64,000 bases of DNA from Chitinophagales bacterium. Its GTDB lineage: Bacteria; Bacteroidota; Bacteroidia; Chitinophagales; Saprospiraceae. Positions 54,767 to 64,000 of the stretch are shown here, one piece after another (position 1 is the stretch's first letter; each line of letters starts with the position of its first letter). The stretch lies in contig JBBRDQ010000001.1 in the NCBI GenBank assembly GCA_038203695.1, forward strand, positions 14,825 to 78,824, in the 5' to 3' direction. The position numbers and the translations under genes are program-made. Below the pieces are notes generated by a model, which did not search any database, was not told the origin of the DNA, and saw only the letters and a list, made by a program, of their open reading frames with translations.

Positions 54767-57700
54767 ATGAAACAATTGAACTTGACCATTTTTGCGCTCC
54801 TCTTCCTGGCGGCGTCGGCAATGGCGCAGTCTGCCCGATTGCAAGTCATTCATAATGCCCCCAATCCTACAGTGGACATCTATGTCAATGGCATTCTGGC
54901 TTTTGACGATGTCGCTTTCCGCACGGCTACGCCGTTTTCAACGGTCCCGGCCGGCATTCCGCTTTCGATAGCCGTTGCGCCCGGCACCAGTACGTCGGTC
55001 GCCGATGCGATTGCCACTTTTCCCGTTACGTTCGAAGCCGATAAAACGTATGCAGTTACTGCTTCGGGCATTGTCGGTGATCTAACCACGCCGTTTACCC
55101 TGATTGCGGATGACAAAGCACAGGAGTTTGCCGGTGATCCACTGAAAGTAGATTTAAATGTACTGCATGGTGCTCCGGATGCTCCGGCCATCGACGTTGT
55201 GGTGCGCACAGGGGCTAAAATCGTTTCCAACCTTTCTTACGGCCAGTTTACGCCGTATTTGCGCGTCGACCCGGCCGTTTATTATCTGGATATAAAACCG
55301 GCGGGCACCAATACGATCGTTGCTACGTACAAAGCCGATCTTACCGGACAAGCCGGGCATGCCTTGCGCATTTTTGCCAGTGGTTTTCTGGGTGGCGGCG
55401 CGCCTGCATTCGGTTTATTCGCGGCCCTGGGTAATGATGGCTCGGTGATTGAACTGCCCCAGACTGCGGTGGCCAGATTACAGGTGATTCACAACAGCCC
55501 TTCGCCCTCGGTAGATATTTACGCCGATACGACTTTGTTGTATGATGATTTAGCATTTCGGACCGCCAAACCGTTTATTTTTGTGCCGGCCGAACAAAGT
55601 ATCAACATCGGCGTAGCACTGGATACCAGTACTTCGTCCACCTCTGCATTTGCGAATTTCCCGGTTACCTTTGAAAACGGCAAAACGTATGTGGTCATGG
55701 CAGCTGGCCTGCTCGGCAGCCCTACCGCACCGTTTACGTTACAGGTTAATGATGGCGCACGGGAAGTGGCCAGCAACTCCGCCAACGTCGACGTCACTGT
55801 ATGGCACAGCGCGCCCGGTGCTCCGAACGTGGATGTAGACGCTACTTTCGTGGCAGACAACCTGGTAGCCAATCTGGCCTACGGTAGTTTCACGCCATAC
55901 CTCAATCTGGCACCGATCACCTATGATCTGGCGGTTCGCGCTGCCGGCGACGCCAATGTAGTGGCTTCGTACCGCGCTAATCTGACCCCGCTCGTCAATA
56001 AAGCCGTGACGGTTTTTGCCAGCGGCTTTTTGAGTGGCACGCCTAACTTTGGATTATTTGCTGCATTGGCTGATGGTACCGTAGTACCACTTGGTATTAC
56101 ACCGACGGCGCGTTTGCAGATTATCCACAATGCCCCCGATCCGACCGTGGATGTATACGTCGATAATATGCGGGTACTGGATGATTTTAACTTCCGTACC
56201 GCTACGCCATTTCTCACCATTCCCGCTGACCGCGCACTGTCGGTTGGCGTTGCGGCCGGTACCAGTGTTTCGGTAAACGATGTGATTTTTCCGATACCAG
56301 TCACGCTGGAGGCCGGTAAAACCTACGCGGCGTTTGCCTCGGGTATTCCGTTTAATTCCGCTACGCCCTTTACGATCCTGCTGGATGAAGCGCGCGAATC
56401 ATCTAGTACGCCCGGTAAAGTCGAATTTGCTACGCTGCATGGTGCCCCAGGCGCTCCAAATGTCGACGTAGCGGTCGTGGGTGTCGGTACGATTATCAGC
56501 AATCTGACTTACACAGAATTCGCACCTTATATAGCGGTGGATCCGGCCAATTACCAGATACAGGTTAAAGTCGCCGCCTCCGGTGCCGTGGTCGCCACTT
56601 ATCAGGTCGATCTGAGTACGCTTGGCGGTGGAGCCGCCCGGGTCTTTGCCAGTGGAATCGTCAATGGAACCCCTGCTTTCGGTTTGTATGCCGCTTTGCC
56701 CGACGGAACAGTGATTGAGTTCCCAGTAGCACCACCACCGCCAACGACCCGCGTACAATTGATTCACAATGCAATTGCGCCGACAGTGGATATTTATGCC
56801 GACGGCGTTTTGCTGCTGGATGATTTTTCCTATCGTTCCGCTACGCCTTTTATTGATCTTCCGGCAGGTGTAGCCATTTCTATTGCCGTAGCGCCTGGTA
56901 CCAGTACATCCGTAGCGGACGCGCTGGCTACGTTCCCGGTTACGTTTACGGAAAATAAAAAATACATCGTCACCGCTTCCGGCGTATTGGGCGATCTGCT
57001 TACGCCGTTCACCCTGATTGCCAACGATGCCGCACAGGAAAGTGCTGTAGTGCCATCCAAGGTGGATATCGCCGTTTTGCACGGCGCTACCAATGCGCCG
57101 GCCATCGATATCGACGCGGTATTTGATGCCAATGATATTATTACGAACCTTGCTTATGGCAATTTCACGGCTTACCTGGGTCTCGATCCGAAAGTCTACG
57201 ACCTGACTGTGCGTGTTGCCGGTACCCCCAATGTGGTGGTTACCTATCGCGCCGACCTGAGCGGACTGACTGGTGGCGCTGCGTACGTATTTGCCAGCGG
57301 CCTGGTGAATGGCACGCCTGGTTTTGGTTTGTTTGCAGCCCTGCCCAATGGCACTGTGGTAGAATTACCCATTACCCCATTTTCACGGGTACAAGTCATT
57401 CACAATTCACCAAGCCCGACCGTCGATGTGTATGCTGGTAACACCCTGCTGCTCGACAATTTTGTTTTCCGTACTGCCACACCGTTTGTCAGTATCCCGG
57501 CGGACCGCGATATTGTGATCGGCGTAGCGCTGGCTAACAGCACTTCTTCGAGCGATACGCTGGTCGGTTTTCCGGTCAATTTTTCCAGTACAAAAAATTA
57601 TACCGTATTTGCCAATGGCATCGTAGGCAACATCGCCACGCCGTTTACGCTGGCGGTAAATGATAATGCCCGCGAAACATCTGCCAGCGGTACAGTAGCC

Positions 57701-59560
57701 GTGTCGGCTTTCCATGGATCACCCGGAGCGCCGGCAGTGGATATTGTAGAGCGTCTGGCCGGTCCGCTGGTTAGCAACCTGGCTTTCGGTCAATATTCTC
57801 CTTACCTCACGCTTCCGCTTGATGAGTATTTTTTAGATGTAAAAGCGGCCGGTTCATCGGCTATTATTGCCACGTACCTGGCTGACCTAACGGACCTGAA
57901 TGCGCAGGCAATCCGGGTTTTTGCCAGCGGTATTGTCGGCGGAACACCGGCATTTGGACTGTTTGCGGTCCTGCCGACCGGTGAAGTGATCGAACTGCCG
58001 AATACCCCGGTAGCGCGGGTGCAGATCATTCACAATGCGCCTTCACCGACGGTAGACGTGTATGCTTTTGGCGAGCCGTTCCTCGATGATTTTGAATTCC
58101 GTACGGCGACTGAATTTTTCTATCTGCCGGCAGGCGTACAGATACCGCTGGCTATTGCCCCCGGCAACAGTACGTCGGCGGCTGATGCGATTGTTACCAT
58201 CCCGGTTACTTTTGAAAATGGCAAAACGTACGTCGTGGTCGCAAGTGGTCTGGTAGGCGGAACGCCTGGTTTTGAACTGATTGTCAATGATGCCGCCCGC
58301 GAGCGAGCGGTTGATCCGTCTAAAATAGAACTGGCCGTGTTGCATGGCGGTGTCGATGCACCAGCCGTAAACCTGCAAACGTACCCTGATGCAGCACCGG
58401 TGCTGAACAACCTGCAATACGGTGATTTTTCAGCCTATTTACCGATTGACCCCGATGTTTTATTGTTGGAAATAGTTCCGAATGCTGCGCCACGTGCCAG
58501 TGTAGGGATCTGGGGGGGCGATTTTTCCGGAATTCCCGGAGAAGCGGCGACTGTTTTTGCCTCCGGTAAACTGGCCGACGGTTCGTTCGATCTGTATATT
58601 ACCCTGGCCGATGGACTTACCTTTCCTTTGCCGTCTTTTGCGCGGGTGCAAGTGATCCACAATTCTCCGTCGCCCGATGTGGATTTGTACGTAGATGATC
58701 AGTTGGCACTGCCTGATTTCGAATTCCGTACAGCTACCAACGTCGGTCTTTTCCCGGCACGGACTGCCCTCACGCTTTCAGTAGCGCCAGCCGGCAGTAG
58801 TTCGGTGGCCGATGCTATTTTTTCCCTGCCAATTACCGGATTGGAAACAGCCCAATCGTACGTGATCGTCGCGGCTGGCGTAGTAGGCAATGCGACTACA
58901 CCGTTTAACCTATACGTTAATGCGAACAGCCGTTTCCGCTCGCTGAGTGCGACCAATTTTGAACTCAATCTGTTTCATGGCGCACCGGACGCACCGGAAA
59001 TTGATGTGCAATTGTTCAACGGCCCGGTCATTATCGATAACCTGGCGTTCGGCGAATTTTCCAACTATCTCTCCGTGCCGCCAAGTGAGTATTTCATCTC
59101 CGTAACCCCTTCCAATGACAATACGACGGTCGTGAAAAGTTATATCGCTGACGCAGCCCCGCTGGGTGGCCAAGTGGTGACACTCTTCGCATCCGGTTAT
59201 CTGGACGGCGCTGCGGGACCTTCTTTTGGCGTATGGGTCGCACAGGGTGATGGGGAGACCTATCCATTGCCAGAATATGTGTCTACCAATGAGTTAAATG
59301 GCAAATTGAATGCGCTGCGCCTGGCACCGAACCCGGCAGATGCCTTTTTAAACGTGCAGTTTGACCTGGACGGATCTGAAGCGCTGCTGTATACGGTACG
59401 CGATATTGCCGGCCGCGTGTTACAAACCGGCGATTTCGGGACCGTCAGTGGCAAGTTTAATACCACCTTGTCCACCGCGTCCTTCTCTGCGGGTATGTAT
59501 CAACTGGAGATCGTCTCGGATGCGGGAGTACAGGTGACGAAATTTGTAGTGCAGCATTAA
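54767..59560 (+). CDS. Giant DUF4397 repeat protein (7 x ~213-aa double modules) with T9SS type A sorting domain
   Basis: It has a signal peptide. ARLQVIHNAPxPTVDxY and LHGAPDAPAIDV modules alternate 14 times. The C-terminus reads LRLAPNPADAFLNVQF...GMYQLEIVSD...KFVVQH. Confidence 0.7.
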   Translation: MKQLNLTIFALLFLAASAMAQSARLQVIHNAPNPTVDIYVNGILAFDDVAFRTATPFSTVPAGIPLSIAVAPGTSTSVADAIATFPVTFEADKTYAVTASGIVGDLTTPFTLIADDKAQEFAGDPLKVDLNVLHGAPDAPAIDVVVRTGAKIVSNLSYGQFTPYLRVDPAVYYLDIKPAGTNTIVATYKADLTGQAGHALRIFASGFLGGGAPAFGLFAALGNDGSVIELPQTAVARLQVIHNSPSPSVDIYADTTLLYDDLAFRTAKPFIFVPAEQSINIGVALDTSTSSTSAFANFPVTFENGKTYVVMAAGLLGSPTAPFTLQVNDGAREVASNSANVDVTVWHSAPGAPNVDVDATFVADNLVANLAYGSFTPYLNLAPITYDLAVRAAGDANVVASYRANLTPLVNKAVTVFASGFLSGTPNFGLFAALADGTVVPLGITPTARLQIIHNAPDPTVDVYVDNMRVLDDFNFRTATPFLTIPADRALSVGVAAGTSVSVNDVIFPIPVTLEAGKTYAAFASGIPFNSATPFTILLDEARESSSTPGKVEFATLHGAPGAPNVDVAVVGVGTIISNLTYTEFAPYIAVDPANYQIQVKVAASGAVVATYQVDLSTLGGGAARVFASGIVNGTPAFGLYAALPDGTVIEFPVAPPPPTTRVQLIHNAIAPTVDIYADGVLLLDDFSYRSATPFIDLPAGVAISIAVAPGTSTSVADALATFPVTFTENKKYIVTASGVLGDLLTPFTLIANDAAQESAVVPSKVDIAVLHGATNAPAIDIDAVFDANDIITNLAYGNFTAYLGLDPKVYDLTVRVAGTPNVVVTYRADLSGLTGGAAYVFASGLVNGTPGFGLFAALPNGTVVELPITPFSRVQVIHNSPSPTVDVYAGNTLLLDNFVFRTATPFVSIPADRDIVIGVALANSTSSSDTLVGFPVNFSSTKNYTVFANGIVGNIATPFTLAVNDNARETSASGTVAVSAFHGSPGAPAVDIVERLAGPLVSNLAFGQYSPYLTLPLDEYFLDVKAAGSSAIIATYLADLTDLNAQAIRVFASGIVGGTPAFGLFAVLPTGEVIELPNTPVARVQIIHNAPSPTVDVYAFGEPFLDDFEFRTATEFFYLPAGVQIPLAIAPGNSTSAADAIVTIPVTFENGKTYVVVASGLVGGTPGFELIVNDAARERAVDPSKIELAVLHGGVDAPAVNLQTYPDAAPVLNNLQYGDFSAYLPIDPDVLLLEIVPNAAPRASVGIWGGDFSGIPGEAATVFASGKLADGSFDLYITLADGLTFPLPSFARVQVIHNSPSPDVDLYVDDQLALPDFEFRTATNVGLFPARTALTLSVAPAGSSSVADAIFSLPITGLETAQSYVIVAAGVVGNATTPFNLYVNANSRFRSLSATNFELNLFHGAPDAPEIDVQLFNGPVIIDNLAFGEFSNYLSVPPSEYFISVTPSNDNTTVVKSYIADAAPLGGQVVTLFASGYLDGAAGPSFGVWVAQGDGETYPLPEYVSTNELNGKLNALRLAPNPADAFLNVQFDLDGSEALLYTVRDIAGRVLQTGDFGTVSGKFNTTLSTASFSAGMYQLEIVSDAGVQVTKFVVQH

Positions 59561-59634
59561 AATTAAAATAGCGGATTGGAGGTGAATGGAATTTTGACAT
59601 CGTTCCTAATACATTCGCGCTATATTCTTTACGT

Positions 59635-59680
59635 AAACAGCACGCGCCGGAGTAACCGCCGGCACGTGCTGTTTCTTTTT
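59635..59680 (+). terminator. Intrinsic terminator after the DUF4397 gene
   Basis: aaacagcacgcgccgg faces ccggcacgtgctgttt (16-bp stem, one G-U or mismatch), followed by cttttt. Confidence 0.6.
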
Positions 59681-59691
59681 AGAATAAAGCG

Positions 59692-59699
59692 TACTTTTG
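59692..59699 (+). promoter_or_regulatory. -7 box TActTTTG upstream of 59728
   Basis: It matches the consensus 29 nt before the ATG. Confidence 0.4.
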
Positions 59700-59727
59700 C
59701 GGATCATTTACTGTAAAACACACCACC

Positions 59728-60234
59728 ATGATTCGCTCCCTGTTGAAAATCGGTTTCATCCTCGTGATTGGCATTTTGATTTATAATTATTTCAAAGGAA
59801 CTCCGGAGGAACAAGCCACTTCTGAAAAGATATTTGGCCAAGCGCGCTCTTTAGTGGGTTCGGTCGGTCAAATGATCAGTTCGGAAAAACAAAAGTTCGA
59901 TGCCGGTAAATACGACGCCGCACTGGATAAACTGGGCGGCGCATATCGCACCATCCGCAACCAGGCCGGTAAAGTGGATGATAAATTGATGACTCGACTC
60001 GACGAACTCGAACAGCGCCGGTTGAAACTGGAAACGGAATTGAGTGAGATCAATAAAGCCGATCAATCTGCGGCTACTCCGCCCCCCAAAGGCGCAAAAA
60101 TCGACCCTAAAACCAAACAGACCATCGGTGCCAAAGTCGTAGACCAGGAAATCCGCAAACAGCAGTTGCAGCAAAAACTGCAACAACTGATTGATGATTC
60201 GGACAAACTGATGCAGCAGGGCGCACAAAAATAA
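59728..60234 (+). CDS. Membrane-anchored coiled-coil protein, hypothetical
   Basis: It has an N-terminal TM helix (IGFILVIGILIY) and a Gln/Lys-rich coiled coil. Confidence 0.4.
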   Translation: MIRSLLKIGFILVIGILIYNYFKGTPEEQATSEKIFGQARSLVGSVGQMISSEKQKFDAGKYDAALDKLGGAYRTIRNQAGKVDDKLMTRLDELEQRRLKLETELSEINKADQSAATPPPKGAKIDPKTKQTIGAKVVDQEIRKQQLQQKLQQLIDDSDKLMQQGAQK

Positions 60235-60392
60235 ATTTTACAATACCGGATTTTACCACCTGGTGTCGATAGCGGTTTCACCTGGATGACATAGTTTTTA
60301 TCATCAATCTTCTCGGTGAACTCGGTGAAACTTCTCGGCCTGCTATGGGGTAAAAAAACACTTTTTCCGATAAATACGGAACCTAACCATCT

Positions 60393-61979
60393 ATGCCACA
60401 ATTAGTTGAACTCGTCGTGTTGCCCGAAGAGCGCTCCGACGAAGCATTATTGCGCCAGCGAGCCGCCCGGCAGACGGGCCTTCGCCCGGATCAGATCAGT
60501 CACCTGGAAATTCTGAAAGCGTCGCTTGATGCACGCTCCCGGCAGCCGGTGTACCGCATTCGCGCCGAGGTATTTGGGCCGGGTGAAATATTTGTCCCCG
60601 AGCCGGCTGTCCTTGCCGGTTTTGGCCCGGTCGATAGCCGCAGAAAAGTCATCATTGTCGGCGCGGGTCCGGCCGGTTATTTCGCCGCGCTTGAATTATT
60701 GGAACGCGGCATCCAGCCCATCGTGCTCGACCGCGGTAAAGATGCGCAGATGCGTCGCCGCGACCTGCGTGCCATCCAGCAGTTTGGTACGGTCAATCCA
60801 CACTCCAACTATTGCTTTGGCGAAGGCGGTGCTGGCACGTATTCCGACGGTAAACTGTACACCCGGTCCGTCAAACGCGGCAGTATTCAGAAGGCCCTGC
60901 AATTGCTGGTCGAACACGGTGCCAAATCCGATATTCTCAGTGAAGCGCATCCGCATATCGGTTCCAATAAACTGCCGGGGGTGGTGCAAAACATCCGTGC
61001 AACGATCCTGCAATACGGTGGCGAGGTGCATTTTGGGCAGTTAGTGACCGATTTTATCCTCAAAGATGGCCGCATGGAAGGCGTCATTACGGAGGATGTT
61101 TCGGCGTATGACACCAACAACCCAGCAAATCCCGGGGTGAGCAGAGAATGGCTCGCTGAGGCTGTTATTCTTGCCACCGGCCACTCCGCGCGCGATATTT
61201 ACCGGCTGCTGCACCGCAAAAATATCCGTATCGAGGCTAAACCTTTTGCACTGGGCGTGCGCGTAGAACATCCGCAACCCTTGATCGATAACATCCAATA
61301 CAAACAAAACCAGCGTTCCGATGCCTTGCCGGCCGCCAGTTACAGCCTGGTTTGCCAGGTAGGCGGACGGGGCGTATTCTCGTTCTGTATGTGCCCGGGC
61401 GGTTTGATCGTGCCGGCGGCTACTGCTCCCGGCGAGATTGTGATGAACGGCATGAGCATGAGCCGTCGCGATTCGCCGTTTGCCAATTCAGGGATGGTGA
61501 CCGCGATAGAGCCGGAAGACCTGCAACCCTGGGCCAAACACGGCGTTTTTGCCGCCATGGCCCTGCAGAGTGAAGTAGAGCACAATCTCTTCGCGGCCGG
61601 CGATGGTAGCCAGAAAGGCCCGGCGCTGCGTTTACCCGATTTTATTAAAGGTAAACTATCGCGCGACTTACCGGCCTCCTCCTATATCCCCGGCCTGTGC
61701 GCTGCGCCCTTATACGACATCCTGCCAGATTTCATTTATCAGCGGCTGCGCGCCGGTCTCGCGGAATTTGGCAAACAGATGCGCGGATTTTACACCGAAG
61801 AGGCTACCGTTGTTGCGACCGAAAGCCGCACCAGCTCCCCGGTGCGGATTCCCCGCGACCCCGTTACGCTGATGCACCCGGACGTTATCGGACTTTACCC
61901 CTGTGGTGAAGGTGCCGGTTATGCGGGCGGTATTATTTCCGCCGCCATGGATGGGCAAAAAGTCGCAAGACTCATTTAA
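60393..61979 (+). CDS. NAD(P)/FAD-dependent oxidoreductase (COG2509-like)
   Basis: It has a Rossmann motif (VIIVGAGPAGYFAALEL) and a C-terminal GEGAGYAGGI block. Confidence 0.65.
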   Translation: MPQLVELVVLPEERSDEALLRQRAARQTGLRPDQISHLEILKASLDARSRQPVYRIRAEVFGPGEIFVPEPAVLAGFGPVDSRRKVIIVGAGPAGYFAALELLERGIQPIVLDRGKDAQMRRRDLRAIQQFGTVNPHSNYCFGEGGAGTYSDGKLYTRSVKRGSIQKALQLLVEHGAKSDILSEAHPHIGSNKLPGVVQNIRATILQYGGEVHFGQLVTDFILKDGRMEGVITEDVSAYDTNNPANPGVSREWLAEAVILATGHSARDIYRLLHRKNIRIEAKPFALGVRVEHPQPLIDNIQYKQNQRSDALPAASYSLVCQVGGRGVFSFCMCPGGLIVPAATAPGEIVMNGMSMSRRDSPFANSGMVTAIEPEDLQPWAKHGVFAAMALQSEVEHNLFAAGDGSQKGPALRLPDFIKGKLSRDLPASSYIPGLCAAPLYDILPDFIYQRLRAGLAEFGKQMRGFYTEEATVVATESRTSSPVRIPRDPVTLMHPDVIGLYPCGEGAGYAGGIISAAMDGQKVARLI

Positions 61980-62075
61980 ATTACGAATTACGAATTACGA
62001 ATTACGTTTAGTAAATGTTTGATTTTCAGATTTTTAACCCTCAAAATCGTAATTCGTAATTTTTAATTCGTAATT
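61979..62075. repeat. AATTACG x4 / loop / CGTAATT x4 palindrome between convergent genes
   Basis: aattacgaattacgaattacgaattacg (61979-62006) faces cgtaattcgtaatttttaattcgtaatt (62048-62075). Confidence 0.7.
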
Positions 62076-62080
62076 AATTT

Positions 62081-62455
62081 TCAAACTTCTTTGTCGGCAG
62101 ACGGCGGGTTTTTGCGTTCGTATAAATATGCCGCCAGCATACCGATACCACCGCCTACGGCGATGAAACCGAAGAAAACGCCCGTTTTATCGCTTCCCTG
62201 CCAGTTCATGGCGTTGCTGATAAACAGGGCCAGCAACAGACCGATACCGGCACCGATAAACAGCAAACTATCTTTGAGCGTGCGGGATGGATCGAGTTCG
62301 CGACGTTTGCGGCGTTTGCCTTCGGCAGGGTTCATGCCTTGGGCGATCATGGACATGTTTTCCCGGTTTTCCAGATAGCGAAGTCCAAAAATCATAATAA
62401 AAACACTAATTGGGCAAATGCCAAAGATGAAAATGATTGCCAGGCTGTTTTCCAT
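62081..62455 (-). CDS. Small membrane protein, start uncertain (62455 or 62506)
   Basis: It has three hydrophobic helices and a basic loop (GKRRKRRE). Confidence 0.4.
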   Translation of the reverse strand: MENSLAIIFIFGICPISVFIMIFGLRYLENRENMSMIAQGMNPAEGKRRKRRELDPSRTLKDSLLFIGAGIGLLLALFISNAMNWQGSDKTGVFFGFIAVGGGIGMLAAYLYERKNPPSADKEV

Positions 62456-62547
62456 AGTTGTTGAATTTTTTTGTGATAAAGGTGATTCTCGTTTTATTGA
62501 TACCACCTAGACAGCACGGTTGGAAAACAGGTTACAGGCAACGTAGA

Positions 62548-63480
62548 TTATTTCACTTCGGGCAGAAATATCTCCGCCATCATACAACGCGCGCTGCCGC
62601 CGCCGAACTTCTCAATCGTATCGATCGGACTGTGCAATAGTTGGGTATGACCTTCCAGTTGCTTAATCTGTGCGGGGGTCAGGGCGCGGTACGCCTGCGA
62701 CGACATCACGAGTATCGTTTTGCCGGCGGTATTGCGCACCTGTAACATATTGCCGGCAAAAGCATTCATTTGCGCCAGCGAAATAGGGATAATTTCCTTG
62801 TCGGTCGTACGAAACTGCTGCTCGAGTTGTGCGCGCTCCCTGGCGTCGCGTATCGTATCCATACAGATCACCACAAAGGTTTCACCCAGTGCCATCATTA
62901 CATTGGTGTGGTAGATATCCTGTCCCTTGTCGTCGACGCTGTGAAACACAACGGGTTGGTACCCAATTTCTTCACAGAGGTCCTGTAAGAGTTCGTTATC
63001 GGTGCGGGGGCTCAGGCAAGCGTAGGCGAGGCGGTGCTGGTGATCGAAAATAATGCTGCCGGTGCCTTCCAGATAGCGGTCTCGTTTTTCATTAAATTCC
63101 AAATTCACGCGCTTTTCCGAGTGAAAGCCCTGCTGCAAGACCGTGTCGATCACCTTTCTCCGGCGTTCAGTTCGACGGGTGGCGGCAAACATCGGATAGG
63201 TAATAACCATCCCTTCCTGGTGAAAAGTAATCCAATTGTTGGGGAATACAGCATCTGGTTTGATCGGTTTTGCCGAATCTTTGGCGACGATCACATGCAC
63301 ACCGGCTGCGCGCAGTTGTTCCACAAATCCATCGAATTCTTTCCTGGCGATATTTGATAGTTCACCCGGATCAAGTTGTCCATCGCGGCTTTGAAAAGCA
63401 TTGTTGGCAGCAGTCTCTTCGTTGAAGGCAAAATTGGCAGGGCGCACCATAAGAATATGAGCGGTAGTTTGATGACGCAT
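62548..63480 (-). CDS. ctlX: Amidinotransferase-fold hydrolase, CtlX/arginine-deiminase-related
   Basis: It is 310 aa. The C-terminal GGGSARCMMAEIF holds the catalytic Cys of the guanidino-group-modifying fold. Confidence 0.6.
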   Translation of the reverse strand: MRHQTTAHILMVRPANFAFNEETAANNAFQSRDGQLDPGELSNIARKEFDGFVEQLRAAGVHVIVAKDSAKPIKPDAVFPNNWITFHQEGMVITYPMFAATRRTERRRKVIDTVLQQGFHSEKRVNLEFNEKRDRYLEGTGSIIFDHQHRLAYACLSPRTDNELLQDLCEEIGYQPVVFHSVDDKGQDIYHTNVMMALGETFVVICMDTIRDARERAQLEQQFRTTDKEIIPISLAQMNAFAGNMLQVRNTAGKTILVMSSQAYRALTPAQIKQLEGHTQLLHSPIDTIEKFGGGSARCMMAEIFLPEVK

Positions 63481-63699
63481 AGGATGTTTTAATTTTCAAA
63501 TTTTAATTGGCTACGGGCTGGAAGCGGGTATAGGCGATATTAGTTTGGGCACTGCCTGAATCCACTTGTTTGTTTCAGGGGGCAAAACAAAGAAAGTTTA
63601 CCGACCCGGGAAACGACCGTTTGCATTTAAAAGATTTAAAAATGCAATAATGCTAATTTTAAGCGGCTAAAGTATCAATTTTGCCCGCCTGTTCCTGTT

Positions 63700-63727
63700 G
63701 ATAATTCGTAATTTTTAATTCGTAATT
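63700..63727. repeat. Single-arm copy of the CGTAATT heptamer array
   Basis: gataattcgtaatttttaattcgtaatt is nearly identical to 62048-62075. It ends 5 nt before the ATG at 63733. Confidence 0.6.
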
Positions 63728-63732
63728 GATCC

Positions 63733-64000
63733 ATGCGTCGCTATTGCCGCAATTGTTATCATCCCATGCCGTACAAGGCGAAGTTTTGTGCGCACTGCGG
63801 ACAAAGAGATTCCGATGGCAGAACGACCATGCGCGGATTGCTGGGCAAGTTGTGGGATACGACCTTTCACCTGGAAAGTAAATTTGTGCGCTCCTGCTGG
63901 CATTTGTTTATTCCGGGTAAAGTAGTAACGGAGTTTTTCAAAGGCAAACTGGGGCGCTACCCACACCCGCTGCGTTTTTATGCGATTGTAGCGTTCTTTT
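63733..64000 (+). CDS. DUF3667 domain protein, N-terminal part (runs off the window)
   Basis: Hand translation gives MRRYCRNCYHPMPYKAKFCAHCGQRDS...LFIPGKVVTEFFKGKLGRYPHPLRFY. This is a zinc-ribbon CxxC..CxxCGQ followed by the DUF3667 pattern. It is open to the window end and absent from the ORF track. Confidence 0.5.
   Translation, partial: MRRYCRNCYHPMPYKAKFCAHCGQRDSDGRTTMRGLLGKLWDTTFHLESKFVRSCWHLFIPGKVVTEFFKGKLGRYPHPLRFYAIVAFF

Noticed and set aside
54767-59560. The sevenfold ~639-nt periodicity considered as a possible assembly or collapse artefact, or as a mobile tandem repeat.
   Set aside because: The copies differ substantially at the nucleotide level and keep one continuous reading frame with a signal peptide and a sorting domain. 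This is consistent with a genuine repeat protein.

Overview
Bacteroidota-type chromosomal segment of about 50% GC. Supporting signs are several T9SS C-terminal sorting domains, gldD, batD, a GH3-family gene, and TAnnTTTG -7 boxes in place of Shine-Dalgarno sites. By eye I found no rRNA, tRNA, CRISPR array, integrase or transposase. Most of the window is dense housekeeping or envelope coding: gap, PiT phosphate transporter, oligopeptidase B, acs, ubiX, PPK2, a GH16 glucanase, an Upf1-like helicase and a 1597-aa DUF4397 repeat protein. The stand-out is a translationally coupled two-gene minus-strand operon at 3601-7172. It encodes a SIR2-like/TIR-like fusion protein followed by a membrane-anchored DQFEE-type STAND NTPase. 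I read it as a candidate NAD-targeting immune module whose architecture I cannot match to a named defence system. Secondary items are listed here. (1) A btaA/btaB-like betaine-lipid pair sits next to an NPP-type phosphodiesterase. (2) A DUF4240 gene abuts a roughly 100-aa GIY-YIG-like mini-nuclease. (3) Three families of intergenic palindromes are built from tandem heptamers (TTAAYGR, AATTACG, GAGTTTT); they sit between genes and sometimes supply stop codons. (4) A repeat of about 70 bp occurs in three copies, one nested inside a heptamer palindrome. (5) Several gene remnants are present: a GNAT fragment, an orphan T9SS tail and a frameshifted Crp-family regulator. All family calls come from motifs read by eye, and no database search was possible.
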